Assembly: GCA_024275485.1 (NCBI GenBank)
Contig: JAJRZA010000033.1
Coordinates: 26,487 to 90,486 of the forward strand
Direction of reading: 5' to 3'
DNA from: Candidatus Krumholzibacteriota bacterium
GTDB lineage: Bacteria > Krumholzibacteriota > Krumholzibacteriia > LZORAL124-64-63
Length of the DNA stretch: 64,000 nt
A program made the position numbers and the translations under genes. Shown here piece after piece: positions 35,870 to 46,324 of this stretch. A model generated the notes under the pieces. It was not told the DNA's origin. It made no database searches and saw only the letters and a list, made by a program, of their open reading frames with translations. Within the stretch, counting starts at the first letter, position 1. Every line of letters begins with the position of its first letter.

Positions 35870-36883
35870 TCAAAAAAGAAGTTGTACAGGCATGTCACCT
35901 GCCGCCACATCCCCCAACAAAACCGCCCCAACACCCTCAACCTGAGACAAGTCCAGGCTCTCATCAGCAATGACGACCATACCGATGCCCATGTTGAACA
36001 CACGATGCATTTCCACATCCGAGACATCACCCTTGGCCTGGATCAATTGGAAAATATCCAGGGCCTGAAAGGAATTCGTGTCCACATTCACGCAAAGGCC
36101 ATCAGGAACGACCCGTGGAATGTTGTCATAAAAGCCGCCGCCGGTGATATGGACCAGGCCATGAATGGCTTCACGGCCAAACTTCTGCCACAGGTTGCGC
36201 ACATCACCGAGGTAGCTCTTGTGCACCTTCAGCAGGGCGTCGCCCACCGAAACGCCATTCAATTCCGCGGGAGTGTCGCTGACGGAGTAGCCCACTTTAT
36301 CGAACAACACCGCCCGGGCCAAACTGAAACCATTGGTGTGCAAACCGGTGCTGGGCAACCCCCATACTTTGTCGCCTGCTGCAATGCCGCTGCCGTCGAT
36401 GACGTTTTCCGGCAATACCCGCCCCACAATAGTACCGGCCAGATCAAACTCCCCCGGTCCGTAAACACCGGGCATTTCGGCGGTCTCGCCGCCGAGCAGG
36501 GCACAGCCATTCTCACGACAGGCCGTGGAAAACCCATCGATGATTTCCGGCAGCATCTCTTCTTCCAGCTTGCTGGTCGCAAAATAGTCCAAGAAGAAAA
36601 GGGGTTCCGCCCCCTGCACAAGAATGTCGTCCACACAGTGGTTGACCAGGTCCTGCCCCACTGTGTTGTAGCGGGCGGCCATGCGGGCGATCATCACCTT
36701 GGTACCCACTCCGTCCACGCTGGCAACCATGAGAGGTTCGCCCTCGGCAGCCTGGAAGAGTCCACCAAAGGCTCCCATCTCATTTTTGACACGATGGTCC
36801 CAGGTCGAACGCACAGCTTTCTTGCTGCGGGCCAGGGCGCGGGTGGCTGCGTCGATGTTCACACCGCTGTCGGCATACTTCAT
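35870..36883 (-). CDS. purM: Phosphoribosylformylglycinamidine cyclo-ligase (AIR synthetase)
   Basis: Has the PurM-family N-terminus MKYADSGVNIDA and the blocks GGLF and VDGVGTKV. Confidence 0.9.
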   Translation of the reverse strand: MKYADSGVNIDAATRALARSKKAVRSTWDHRVKNEMGAFGGLFQAAEGEPLMVASVDGVGTKVMIARMAARYNTVGQDLVNHCVDDILVQGAEPLFFLDYFATSKLEEEMLPEIIDGFSTACRENGCALLGGETAEMPGVYGPGEFDLAGTIVGRVLPENVIDGSGIAAGDKVWGLPSTGLHTNGFSLARAVLFDKVGYSVSDTPAELNGVSVGDALLKVHKSYLGDVRNLWQKFGREAIHGLVHITGGGFYDNIPRVVPDGLCVNVDTNSFQALDIFQLIQAKGDVSDVEMHRVFNMGIGMVVIADESLDLSQVEGVGAVLLGDVAAGDMPVQLLF

Positions 36884-36996
36884 GGATTCCTCCAGATGAG
36901 CTGATGGTTGGTAATGATCCTGGGCAGATGATAAGAGCAGCAGCCGGATGGTTCAAGGGCGCGCGAGAAATTTAACGGAATTATTTGAAGAAAAAA

Positions 36997-38052
36997 TCAG
37001 CCTTCGCCCTGGGCACTCTTGAGGGAATACAAGGACAGGCGGCGGTTCAATGCATCCATTACGGCAAAGACAACAGCCTGCTGCTCGTTGTGGAGATTAC
37101 TACAGGAACCAAAAAGTGTCTCACTTTTACGACCTTCAACAAGATCCACGGCGCAAAGAACCACCGACTCTTTGCCCAGATGGTCGATGCGCACTTCGTT
37201 CAGGTGCAAAAGAATAGGGTCCTCTACCAGTTGCATCAATGCATCAAGAGTTGCCCGAGCCACCAGATGGATGGCACTACCGGCGTGGTTGGCCCCTTCC
37301 TGGTTGCCCCGCACTTCCATATCACCGGTGCTGAGCTGTACCTCGGCTCGCACAAGCATATCCGAAGCCATTACACCTACCCCACTGCAAATGACCCTCC
37401 GGGACCCTTCCTCCGTAAGCAGAACGGCAGGAATGGGAGCAGGTTGGTCCAGGGTGGCCGCTGGATCTATTGCTGGATCTATTGCTGGATCAGTTGCCGG
37501 ATCAGTTGCCGGATCAATCAGCGGGGCCGGGGGTATGGCTGCTTCTTCGTCCGAAGTTTCTTTTAGGGGCTCGGCCAAATGGGAATTTTCCAAAAGAGCG
37601 TCGTCCGAAAGTGAATCATCGAGATGGGGGGTATCGTCCATGGGATGGAAAGTCACCGCTGAACCGGTGGATGTTGCCGCGGAAGCTCCGGAGTCTGAAG
37701 CATTCAGATGACTGGGCGCAGAAATCCCATCGTCCGAAATATCCGGCTTATGGTGGTCAGACTTGGCTGCGGTGGAAGCATTGTGTCCAGCTTCGGGTGA
37801 ATCATTGTCCAGCACCTGCACCACACCGATTTTTTTGTAGAAAACGTCAATTTCCAGGCGGGCTTTGAGCAGGCTTTCCACATCGCGCACAATATGACGG
37901 GGCTCACGGTCCATGCCTGCTACGACATGCACTCCCGAGATCTCCCCCTCGGAGTCCAAATCTATTTTGCACTGCAAAACGCCTTTGATGGAACTTATCC
38001 ACCTTTGGGCATCAGATACCCATGCGTCCCGCTCGTTGGGATCCCACTCCAA
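36997..38052 (-). CDS. Hypothetical protein: conserved-looking N-terminal domain (about 85 aa), acidic Ser/Asp/Pro-rich linker with DPAT/DPAI tandem repeats, C-terminal domain (about 150 aa) of unknown function
   Basis: A long ORF with codon usage like its neighbours. I recognise no family motif. Confidence 0.5.
   Translation of the reverse strand: MEWDPNERDAWVSDAQRWISSIKGVLQCKIDLDSEGEISGVHVVAGMDREPRHIVRDVESLLKARLEIDVFYKKIGVVQVLDNDSPEAGHNASTAAKSDHHKPDISDDGISAPSHLNASDSGASAATSTGSAVTFHPMDDTPHLDDSLSDDALLENSHLAEPLKETSDEEAAIPPAPLIDPATDPATDPAIDPAIDPAATLDQPAPIPAVLLTEEGSRRVICSGVGVMASDMLVRAEVQLSTGDMEVRGNQEGANHAGSAIHLVARATLDALMQLVEDPILLHLNEVRIDHLGKESVVLCAVDLVEGRKSETLFGSCSNLHNEQQAVVFAVMDALNRRLSLYSLKSAQGEG
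37460..37519. repeat. Tandem repeat of five 12-nt units (GCTGGATCTATT-like) inside the hypothetical CDS
   Basis: The units are gctggatctatt, gctggatctatt, gctggatcagtt, gccggatcagtt and gccggatcaatc. On the coding strand they encode (D-P-A-T/I)n. Confidence 0.7.
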
Positions 38053-38308
38053 AACGTGCTCCTTAATTGTATTACCATATCATACCCGGAATATCCGGAA
38101 AGGATCCGGAGAATTAGTTGGCGATTCCAAGGCTATTACTGAATGATCCAGAATCTGAAGGTACAATTCAGTCAAAGGATGTTATCACAGACCAATAAAC
38201 CGCACAACCTGTTCTTTGTAAATGCCTTCTTTTCCACTGTTTTCCTAACAAGAATCCCGCTCCGGCAGGAACCGGACCCAAATATCAAATAAGAAGGAAT
38301 CAGTCGGA

Positions 38309-39217
38309 TTAAGGTACCATCATGCCCTTGAGGGTGGCCATGCGGCCAGCATAGGTGTTGTCGTCAATTTTCAACAATCCCTCCATGCTGAACCCTTCGG
38401 GGCAGAAACTGGCTGTTACTGTGCCGTCGAGCATGGCCTGTCGGAAAATTCTGTCGTTGGAATCGCGGGTGGCCTCCGATTCCGCTAGGGAACGCATAAA
38501 CCCTCCGGCAAAGCAGTCGCCGGCACCAGTCGGATCGACCACGTCATCCAAAATAATGGCCGGCACCGAAAGCACACTTTCACGACCAAAGAACAAGGCT
38601 CCGTGCTCACCCTTTTTAATGATGACCAGTTGTGGTCCCATGGCCTGAATATCTTTAGCGGCATGGGCGAGGCTGCGTTTGCCGGTGAGCTGGCGAGCTT
38701 CACTGTCGTTGACCAACAATACGTCGACCTTGGCCAACACAGCCGCGAGATCTTCCGCAGTGGTTTCGATCCAGAGGTTCATGGTGTCAAGGGCGATCAG
38801 TCTGGGCGATTTCATGGTCTCAAGCACGTGCAGCTGCAGGGCCGGGTGAATGTTGGCCAAAAACAGGTACTCCGAATTTTTCCACTCTTCGGGGATCACA
38901 GGCTGAAAATCAGCAAAAACGCCCAATTCCGTGGCCAGGGTATCGCGCTCGATCATGTCGGCATGATAACGACCCGACCAGTGAAAGCTCTTGCCGGACA
39001 CTTGCTGGATGCCATTGACATCGGCCCCGTGCTCGGCCAACAGATCGAGATCAGACTGGAGAAAGTCTTCTCCCACCACTCCCACCAGGCGCACTCCACC
39101 ACGACCAAGGGTAGCGATGGAAAAGAAGCTGGCGCTGCCGCCGAGTTGGCGGTCACGTTTTTCACGGTCAGTTTCTACTGTATCGTAGGCAACCGATCCA
39201 ACCACTAGAATAGACAT
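38309..39217 (-). CDS. PfkB-family carbohydrate kinase (ribokinase superfamily)
   Basis: The C-terminal motif reads DPTGAGDCFAGGF and the N-terminus reads ILVVGSVAYD. Confidence 0.8.
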   Translation of the reverse strand: MSILVVGSVAYDTVETDREKRDRQLGGSASFFSIATLGRGGVRLVGVVGEDFLQSDLDLLAEHGADVNGIQQVSGKSFHWSGRYHADMIERDTLATELGVFADFQPVIPEEWKNSEYLFLANIHPALQLHVLETMKSPRLIALDTMNLWIETTAEDLAAVLAKVDVLLVNDSEARQLTGKRSLAHAAKDIQAMGPQLVIIKKGEHGALFFGRESVLSVPAIILDDVVDPTGAGDCFAGGFMRSLAESEATRDSNDRIFRQAMLDGTVTASFCPEGFSMEGLLKIDDNTYAGRMATLKGMMVP

Positions 39218-39222
39218 AAGTG

Positions 39223-40971
39223 TTAAACCTTCTCTTCCATGACATCAGGAGCGTCGACTCCCAGGAGTTTCAGAACAACCCGCAGAACATGGCGCGTCAC
39301 CAAGCTCAACTGGAGTCGACTTTGGGCCATTTCCGGCTGGTCATCCATGATTTTCAGAACTTTGCACTGGTGGTAGAACTTATGGTAAAGCTCCGACACC
39401 TCGTAAGCATACCCAGTCAGACGGTGCGGTTCACGCGAACGCGCCGCCGAGATGATGACATGGGGCAGGCGGATCAGTTCACCCACCAAATTCCATTCGG
39501 CCGCTTCAGTAAGTTGATTCAGGCATTTGGCCGAGGGTTCCCCGGTTTTCATGCCTGCTTCTTCGGCCTTGGCCATGAGGGAACAGATGCGGGCATGGGC
39601 ATACTTCACGTAAAACACCGGGTTCTCTGACGATTGCTCCTTGACCAGATCCAAATCAAAATCCAGATGGCTGTTGGGTTTGCGGGTCAGGAAGATGTAC
39701 TTGGCAACATCCGCACCCACGTCTTCCATCAGCGTATCCATGGTCACGAACCGTCCCTTGCGCTTGGACATGTTGATGGGCTTGCCATCTTCCAGGAAGG
39801 TGACCTGCTGGAGAATTTGCACCTCTAGCCAGTCGCCGCTGATATCCAGGGCCTCCATGGCCCCTTTCATGCGTGCAATGTAACCGTGATGGTCGGGACC
39901 CCAAAAGTCGATGGCCCGCTCAAAACCACGCTGAAATTTGTGGTAATGGTAAGCAATGTCCGCCAGAAAATAAGTGGGCATGCCGTCGGCACGAACTACC
40001 ACCCTGTCCTTCTCGTCGCCAAAATCCGTGGAACGAAACCACACGGCGCCATCTTCTTCAAAAATGGAACCAAACTTTTTCAGCCGATCAAGAGCCCTGC
40101 CCAGCCGTTTGGTTTCGTGCAGTTCGCTCTCGAAATACCAGGTATCAAAGCGCAGACCAAAGCGTCGGCAGGTTTCCCGTTGCCAACTGAGGATTTTCAT
40201 CAAGGCGTACTTGCTGAAGCAACCCACCGATTCTTCCTCGTCCAGCTTGCGCCAATCTTCGGCGTTGCCTTTTGGAGGCGCTACCCGCTGAAAACTCTCG
40301 TCATCAAAAGCCTTGGCGGCTTTTTGGATGGTCGTGGTGTCCTGTTCCATGAGCTCGGCAGCCATTATTTCCAGATAACGCCCCTGGTAACCACCTTCGG
40401 GAAACTCGCAATCCTGGCCCATCAGCTGCAGGTAATGGGAGCGCAGGCTGCGACCGAGCAATTTCACTTGGCGGCCTGCATCGTTCACGTAATACTCGGC
40501 ATGTGAGTCGTAACCAACTGCTTCCAAAAGCCTTACAAGGCACATACCAAAAGCCCCGGCCCTGGCAGAAACCACGTTCAAAGGCCCGGTGGGATTGGCG
40601 CTGATGAACTCCACATTGATGCGTTTGTCAGCACCGGTTTTGATTTGTTCCAAGGCGCCATCGGGATTCCACACATCCAGCAACAACTCGATTCGATGTT
40701 CCTGGGCGATGCGAAAGTTGATAAACCCGGGCCCGGCAATTTCCACGGAATCGATAACATCCTTGGGCAAAACAATATCAGCGGCGATATCGCCTGCCAA
40801 CTCCCGGGGATTTTTTTCCAGACGTCCACCGAGCATGAGGGCCAGATTGGTGCTCAAATCGCCATGGCTGCGATCTCGGGGTTTTTCCAGCTCCACAGTG
40901 ATGTCTTCTTCAAAGACGCCGTATTTCTCCACCGTGGCCAAAAGGGCCGATTTCAGGAGATCCTCAAGCAT
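39223..40971 (-). CDS. argS: Arginine--tRNA ligase
   Basis: The N-terminal Arg_tRNA_synt_N-like region and ISANPTGPL are present, with DxDALMED-like C-terminal blocks. At the HIGH position the sequence reads N-V-V-S. Confidence 0.85.
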   Translation of the reverse strand: MLEDLLKSALLATVEKYGVFEEDITVELEKPRDRSHGDLSTNLALMLGGRLEKNPRELAGDIAADIVLPKDVIDSVEIAGPGFINFRIAQEHRIELLLDVWNPDGALEQIKTGADKRINVEFISANPTGPLNVVSARAGAFGMCLVRLLEAVGYDSHAEYYVNDAGRQVKLLGRSLRSHYLQLMGQDCEFPEGGYQGRYLEIMAAELMEQDTTTIQKAAKAFDDESFQRVAPPKGNAEDWRKLDEEESVGCFSKYALMKILSWQRETCRRFGLRFDTWYFESELHETKRLGRALDRLKKFGSIFEEDGAVWFRSTDFGDEKDRVVVRADGMPTYFLADIAYHYHKFQRGFERAIDFWGPDHHGYIARMKGAMEALDISGDWLEVQILQQVTFLEDGKPINMSKRKGRFVTMDTLMEDVGADVAKYIFLTRKPNSHLDFDLDLVKEQSSENPVFYVKYAHARICSLMAKAEEAGMKTGEPSAKCLNQLTEAAEWNLVGELIRLPHVIISAARSREPHRLTGYAYEVSELYHKFYHQCKVLKIMDDQPEMAQSRLQLSLVTRHVLRVVLKLLGVDAPDVMEEKV

Positions 40972-40988
40972 GATACAGATCCATTTCT

Positions 40989-41477
40989 TCAGTCGCCTCC
41001 GCCCAGGCCGGCCGCAGTTGTGAAGTTCACATCGGGGTGACGGGCCTGCACTGCTTGGTCATTATACCACTCGGGGGTAATGTCGAGGCGCATGCCATCA
41101 GCCCATAGCCTTTCCAGCTGAAAATAATCACGGGCCTCCTCCACGAAGACATGCACCACCACATCGAAGTAGTCCAGCAACGACCAGCGCCCCTGATCCT
41201 GGCCTTCGATGCCTTTGGGTTTTTGCCCGATGGCGGCCAATTGGGTGTTCACATGGCGGGCAATGGCCTGCACCTGAATGGTGGTTTTGCCCGAGGCCAC
41301 CACAAAAAAGTCGCACACATCACTGCGGCCACGCAGGTCCAGGACCAAAATGTCCTCCCCTTTTTTTTCCATGATATGCCAGCACACCCGCTCGGCCAGT
41401 TTCCAGGCCGCGGTCTCATCCGGAATGGAAAATTGAATAGCGTTTTCCTGAGTTTCCCCAGTGGTCTTTTCGCTCAT
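40989..41477 (-). CDS. rsfS: Ribosome silencing factor (Iojap family) with a C-terminal extension
   Basis: The core ILVLDLRGRSDVCDFFVVASGKTTIQVQAIA matches the family. Confidence 0.75.
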   Translation of the reverse strand: MSEKTTGETQENAIQFSIPDETAAWKLAERVCWHIMEKKGEDILVLDLRGRSDVCDFFVVASGKTTIQVQAIARHVNTQLAAIGQKPKGIEGQDQGRWSLLDYFDVVVHVFVEEARDYFQLERLWADGMRLDITPEWYNDQAVQARHPDVNFTTAAGLGGGD

Positions 41478-41488
41478 GATTCCTCGAT

Positions 41489-42502
41489 CTAGTTCAAGCG
41501 GTTGATAACATATTCCACGGCCACGGCGAGCAGGTCTTTCTGGGCTCCACTGGCCACAGGCCCGAGGGCAGTTTTGGCATCTTCACCAAACTCGCGCGCT
41601 TTGGCAAAAGAATAGTCCACTCCGCCAAATTCGGTAACGAAGGTTTTGACCTCGGCCCATGATTCGGCGCGCAGCCTGGTGTCTTTTTCGGCAGCCAACT
41701 CATCGATACGCTTGCGGGCGGCTTCATTTGCATTGCGCCAGGCGGCGATCAACGGCAGAGTGATGCGTCCCTCTTCCCAGTCCTGGCCCGTGGGCTTGCC
41801 CAGGCGGCGCTCGTCACCAAGATAATCGAAAATATCGTCGGTGATCTGAAAGACCATGCCTGTTTTGGCGCCAAATTCCCCAAAGACCTCTTCCACCGGT
41901 GCCAGTTCCTTGTTCAAACTGGCCCCAATGCGGCAACTGTTCTCGATGAGCGAAGCCGTCTTTTGGTAGATGATCTGCAAGTAACGCTCTTCGCTGATAC
42001 CCATATCGAAACGATGTTCCAACTGCAGCATCTCCGCCTCGCTCATCAGCACCGTGGTGCGGGCCAAAAGTTCCACCGCATGATGCTGACCGGCGGCGCA
42101 AAGAGTGTGCAGAGCCTTGCTGTAGAGGAAATCTCCCATGATCAGCGCCGCGCTGGACCCGAATTTGACATTCACCGAAGGCAAACCCCGGCGGATCAGG
42201 GCTTCATCAATGAAATCGTCGTGCACCAGGGTTGCGGTGTGAACCAGTTCTACGCAGGCGGCCGCCCCAATGGCTTCGTCAACGATGCCACTCTTGTTCT
42301 GGGCCGACAGCAGCAGCAACGTGGGTCTGAATTTCTTGCTCTTACCCTGCAGGATATGCTCACAGATAGCCCGGGTCATGGGGCTATCGCCATGGGTGAT
42401 ACGACGGAACTCGGTGTCCACTTTTCTCAGGGCTGGACCGATTTTGCGCTGCAGGGTGATCAGCTTGATGCGTTCGCGATCCATCAGGGACATGAATACC
42501 AT
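41489..42502 (-). CDS. Polyprenyl diphosphate synthase (IspB/octaprenyl-type trans-prenyltransferase)
   Basis: Two DDxxD motifs (LVHDDFID and ITDDIFD) and GKRFRP-like KKFRPTLLLL are present. Confidence 0.8.
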   Translation of the reverse strand: MVFMSLMDRERIKLITLQRKIGPALRKVDTEFRRITHGDSPMTRAICEHILQGKSKKFRPTLLLLSAQNKSGIVDEAIGAAACVELVHTATLVHDDFIDEALIRRGLPSVNVKFGSSAALIMGDFLYSKALHTLCAAGQHHAVELLARTTVLMSEAEMLQLEHRFDMGISEERYLQIIYQKTASLIENSCRIGASLNKELAPVEEVFGEFGAKTGMVFQITDDIFDYLGDERRLGKPTGQDWEEGRITLPLIAAWRNANEAARKRIDELAAEKDTRLRAESWAEVKTFVTEFGGVDYSFAKAREFGEDAKTALGPVASGAQKDLLAVAVEYVINRLN

Positions 42503-42601
42503 CTCTCGGATAAAGTCAATTCAGACGGCATGGCCTCCCAAGAGAATGCCAAGCCGGGAAAACCGTCTCAAGGCACAAATATTCGCTATTTGCGGGCTAT
42601 G

Positions 42602-43468
42602 TCAATCCTCTTTCCGCCGTTTTCTGGTCACGATCCAGGCCACCAGCACCGAAGACCAGTAAAGTACCAGCACCGGGCCGGCCATCATGACCTGACTGAC
42701 CACGTCCGGAGGGGTCAGAAATGCAGACAGGACGAAAATGGACAAAATGGCATAGCGCCAGGTGTGCATGAGTGTTTTGGGCTCCACGACCCCGATCACG
42801 CTGAGGAAAAGCACCAGCAGAGGTAGCTGGAAAACCAGTCCAAAAGCCAGGCACAGCCTGGTGACAAAAGCAAAATAAGCCCCCACCCCAATCAGGGGGG
42901 AAAGATAAGCCGTGCCAAAGCTCATCAGAAAAATCATCACCTGCGGCACAACAATCAGGAATCCAAAGCTCACCCCGAGGTAAAAGAGCAGCGATGTGGT
43001 GATCAACAGCGGGGTGACAACCTTTTTCTCCTTCTTGTACAGCCCCGGCATGATAAACATATAGATGCGGAAGAAGATAAACGGAGCCACCACAAACAGG
43101 CCCATGGCGGCCGCCAGCTTAAGCCGGACCAGGAAAGCCTCGTTGGGAGCAGTGAAGTACACCCCCTGATCCTTGATGGGACGCACCAGGAGATCCAGCA
43201 GATCCGAAGAGATAAACCAGCAAATGATCGTGGCCAGCAGCCCCGCAATCGTGGATTGAATCAGTGTGCGGCGCAGGTCTTCCAGATGATCCAGGAATGA
43301 CAAACTATCATCCCCGGAGTCTTCCACAGCATCATCCACTTCCTCTGTCTTGGCCATGGGATGATCAGGATCAGGTTCAAGCACATCAAATCCATACTGA
43401 TCCCTCGGCCCGGTTTGATCCTGAGGGGTTTCATCTGCGTTGGGATGCTCGTCGCGAGGCTCGGTCAC
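42602..43468 (-). CDS. tatC: Sec-independent protein translocase TatC with an acidic N-terminal extension; the start may be the internal MAKTEE
   Basis: SFLDHLEDLRRTLI and six TM segments match TatC. Confidence 0.8.
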   Translation of the reverse strand: MTEPRDEHPNADETPQDQTGPRDQYGFDVLEPDPDHPMAKTEEVDDAVEDSGDDSLSFLDHLEDLRRTLIQSTIAGLLATIICWFISSDLLDLLVRPIKDQGVYFTAPNEAFLVRLKLAAAMGLFVVAPFIFFRIYMFIMPGLYKKEKKVVTPLLITTSLLFYLGVSFGFLIVVPQVMIFLMSFGTAYLSPLIGVGAYFAFVTRLCLAFGLVFQLPLLVLFLSVIGVVEPKTLMHTWRYAILSIFVLSAFLTPPDVVSQVMMAGPVLVLYWSSVLVAWIVTRKRRKED

Positions 43469-43932
43469 GAAGTTTCATCTTTCTGGCCCTGCAAATCCTT
43501 CAACAGGACAAAAAACTCATCCACACTCTGAAAAAGCCGGTAAACCGAGGCAAAACGCACATAGGCTACATCGTCTACTTCCTTCAACTCATCCAGAACA
43601 TAGTGACCGATGGTCTCGCTGGGCACCTCTCGACGACCGGAGGAGGCCAAACGCTGTTCCACATGGTCGACGAGAATTTCTATCTCCTCCAAAGATACCG
43701 GCCGTTTCTCGCAGGCTTTGGTCACCCCGATGATGACTTTATTCCGGTGGTAGGAAACCCTTCCACCACTGCGCTTGATCACGATCACTGGGCGCATCTC
43801 CACACCTTCGTAGGTAGTGAATCGCTCACCGCAACTGAGGCACTCCCTACGACGCCTGACCGCTCGTCCATCCCGGACGGCACGCGAATCGATAACTTTG
43901 TCATCGTCCTTGCTGCAGCTAGGGCACTTCAA
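43465..43932 (-). CDS. nrdR: Transcriptional repressor NrdR
   Basis: A zinc ribbon MKCPSCS...CLSCGERFTT is followed by an ATP-cone domain. Confidence 0.85.
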   Translation of the reverse strand: MKCPSCSKDDDKVIDSRAVRDGRAVRRRRECLSCGERFTTYEGVEMRPVIVIKRSGGRVSYHRNKVIIGVTKACEKRPVSLEEIEILVDHVEQRLASSGRREVPSETIGHYVLDELKEVDDVAYVRFASVYRLFQSVDEFFVLLKDLQGQKDETS

Positions 43933-43955
43933 ATCATAAGCCTCCAGTAGGGTAA

Positions 43956-45203
43956 TTACTTCAAGTCAGGGTACAGCGGGAAAGCCTTGCATAGATCTTC
44001 CGCTTCAGCCCTCAGGCCAGCCAGGTTCTCCTGATTTTCCTGATTCTGGACAGCCCCATCAATTATTCCTGCAATGCGGTTCATCTCTTCGGTTCCCATG
44101 CCACGGGTTGTCAGGGCGGGAGTTCCAAGACGCACGCCGCTGGTCACAAAAGGACTCTCCTGGTCAAAGGGCACCGTGTTCTTATTGCAGGTGATGCCCA
44201 CATGCTCAAGCAACTCTTCCATTGCTTTGCCGGTCAGACCCTTGTTGGAGACATTGACCAACAGCAAATGGTTGTCCGTGCCGCCACTGACAAGATGAAA
44301 CCCACGCTCCATCAGGGCATCGCCAAGAGTTTTGGCATTGGACACCATGGCCTTCGCGTATTGCTTGAAGTCTTCCTGCATACACTCCTGAAAACAAACA
44401 GCCTTGGCCGCAACCATATGCATCAGTGGCCCACCCTGAATACCAGGAAAGTTCATCTTGTTGATGGCCTTGAATTTGTCCTTCTTGCTCAGGATCAAAC
44501 CACCCCTCGGACCACGAAGGGTTTTGTGGGTGGTGCTGGTGACCACGTCGCACAAAGGCACCGGACTCGGATGCACACCTCCGGCCACCAGGCCCGCGAT
44601 GTGAGCCATGTCGAACAGTAGAATGGCATCGACCTCATCGGCGATGCTGCGCAGCTTCTCAAAGTCCCAGAAACGTGGGTAGGCGCTGGCTCCGCCGATG
44701 AGCATTTTGGGACGCTCGGTCAGGGCCTGATGGCGCAACTTGTCGTAGTCTATGGTTTCGGTTTCGGGGCTCACTTCGTAATGAATGGCATCAAAGAGCA
44801 ATCCGCTGAAGTTCACCGGGTGCCCGTGAGTCAGGTGACCACCATGGCTCAGACTCAGGCCCAGGATCTTATCGCCGGGTTTGAGAAAGGCCAGATAGGC
44901 CGTCATGTTGGCAGTGGACCCGCTGTGTGGCTGCACGTTGGCCCTTTCGGCCCCAAACAGGGCCATGGCCCGCTTCTTGGCCAGGGTTTCGGCCTGGTCC
45001 ACATGGATGCAGCCACCGTAATACCGCTTTTTGGGATAACCCTCGGCATACTTGTTGGTCAAGGTCGAACCCATGGTTTCCATGACCGCCGGACTGGTGA
45101 AGTTTTCGCTGGCAATCATTTCCAGCTGATTGCGCTGGCGCCCGAGCTCGGCCTCGAGGATTTCAGCAATTTCGGGATCGCTTTGGCGAACTTGATCGTA
45201 CAT
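43956..45203 (-). CDS. glyA: Serine hydroxymethyltransferase
   Basis: The PLP region [10 protein letters not shown] and the block [18 protein letters not shown] are present. Confidence 0.9.
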   Translation of the reverse strand: MYDQVRQSDPEIAEILEAELGRQRNQLEMIASENFTSPAVMETMGSTLTNKYAEGYPKKRYYGGCIHVDQAETLAKKRAMALFGAERANVQPHSGSTANMTAYLAFLKPGDKILGLSLSHGGHLTHGHPVNFSGLLFDAIHYEVSPETETIDYDKLRHQALTERPKMLIGGASAYPRFWDFEKLRSIADEVDAILLFDMAHIAGLVAGGVHPSPVPLCDVVTSTTHKTLRGPRGGLILSKKDKFKAINKMNFPGIQGGPLMHMVAAKAVCFQECMQEDFKQYAKAMVSNAKTLGDALMERGFHLVSGGTDNHLLLVNVSNKGLTGKAMEELLEHVGITCNKNTVPFDQESPFVTSGVRLGTPALTTRGMGTEEMNRIAGIIDGAVQNQENQENLAGLRAEAEDLCKAFPLYPDLK

Positions 45204-45206
45204 GGG

Positions 45207-45668
45207 CTACTCCTGTTTCTGGTGGTCGGTTTCCCAGGCGATGATTTTATCAACTCGGCGAGCGTGCCGCCCACCCTCAAATTCGCTATTCAGCCAGACT
45301 TCCGTCAGTTGGATGGCGGTGTCGGGATCGACACCATCTGCACTGAGGCACAGAACATTGCTGTCGTTGTGCTGCCGGGTGCCCCTAGCCTGATCCTCAG
45401 TAAAGCACAGGCTGGCCCGTACCCCCATAACCTTATTGGCGGCGATGCTCATGCCTATGCCGGAACCGCAAATCAAGATGCCACCCATGGCCAGACCTTC
45501 GGCCACCATTTTGGCCGCGGGCAAGGCGGAATCGGGATAGTCGGCCCTGTCAGTGCCGTGGCAACCAAAGTCCTTCACGGCATATCCCTGTTGAGTCAGG
45601 TACTCGGCAATCAGGGCTTTGTGTGCCACCCCACGATGATCCGAGCCCATCGAAATAGTTTTTTTCAT
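45207..45668 (-). CDS. rpiB: Ribose-5-phosphate isomerase B
   Basis: Contains MGSDHRG, ILICGSGIGMSIAANK and the family blocks. Confidence 0.8.
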   Translation of the reverse strand: MKKTISMGSDHRGVAHKALIAEYLTQQGYAVKDFGCHGTDRADYPDSALPAAKMVAEGLAMGGILICGSGIGMSIAANKVMGVRASLCFTEDQARGTRQHNDSNVLCLSADGVDPDTAIQLTEVWLNSEFEGGRHARRVDKIIAWETDHQKQE

Positions 45669-45691
45669 CTCAGCCATGGCTGGTCATCCCT

Positions 45692-46171
45692 TCAGGATCG
45701 GAGCACGGAAAAAATCGGACCCCATTGCTGAACCAATCGCCGGATCTGCATGCCCGCAGCGTCATATGTTACTTCGTTGCCCTCGTAAGGGTCGTCAACT
45801 TCTTCACAAATCGGCGAGGTTTTCAAGGCGACCAGATCGACTCCGGGCGCTCCGAGAACCCCCACTTTTCCGCCATACCAACCTTTGAAGAGGCTGCGGA
45901 AGATGGCCGCATGGGATCGGGTCATGCCAATGACCCAGACGGTATCCCTCAACAAATCCGCGGTAATGGGTTTACTGCGGTGGGGTCCAAGGTCAAGACC
46001 CTGCTTGGCAGCCACCTGCAAAGAGCCATCAGCAGCAGGATGTCGCCCGTTGACCTGAAGACCGGCCGATTCAAACACCAGTTCCGGGCCTGAGTGAAAC
46101 TCTGCGGCGAACACCTCCGCCAAAGGGCTGCGGCAAGTATTACCCGTGCACAAAAAAAGGACCCGCAGCAT
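45692..46171 (-). CDS. Low-molecular-weight protein tyrosine (or arsenate-reductase-like) phosphatase
   Basis: The CX5R P-loop LFLCTGNTCRSP is present; the start is set at MLRVLFL. Confidence 0.7.
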   Translation of the reverse strand: MLRVLFLCTGNTCRSPLAEVFAAEFHSGPELVFESAGLQVNGRHPAADGSLQVAAKQGLDLGPHRSKPITADLLRDTVWVIGMTRSHAAIFRSLFKGWYGGKVGVLGAPGVDLVALKTSPICEEVDDPYEGNEVTYDAAGMQIRRLVQQWGPIFSVLRS

Positions 46172-46324
46172 AGGAACATTCTCCCGATAAACCATGCCAT
46201 GCCGATGCAGCAAAATTAGGTGAAACAGGGATTTGGGTCAAGGTTGGGGTGGGCTGATCGACGGTTGATAATAGCGGCCCATGCCGCCACCTCGTACGGA
46301 CGTCAGAAGACTTCGGACAGCCTT

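Noticed and set aside
35804-36904. A 366-aa plus-strand ORF
   Set aside because: It is antisense to purM.
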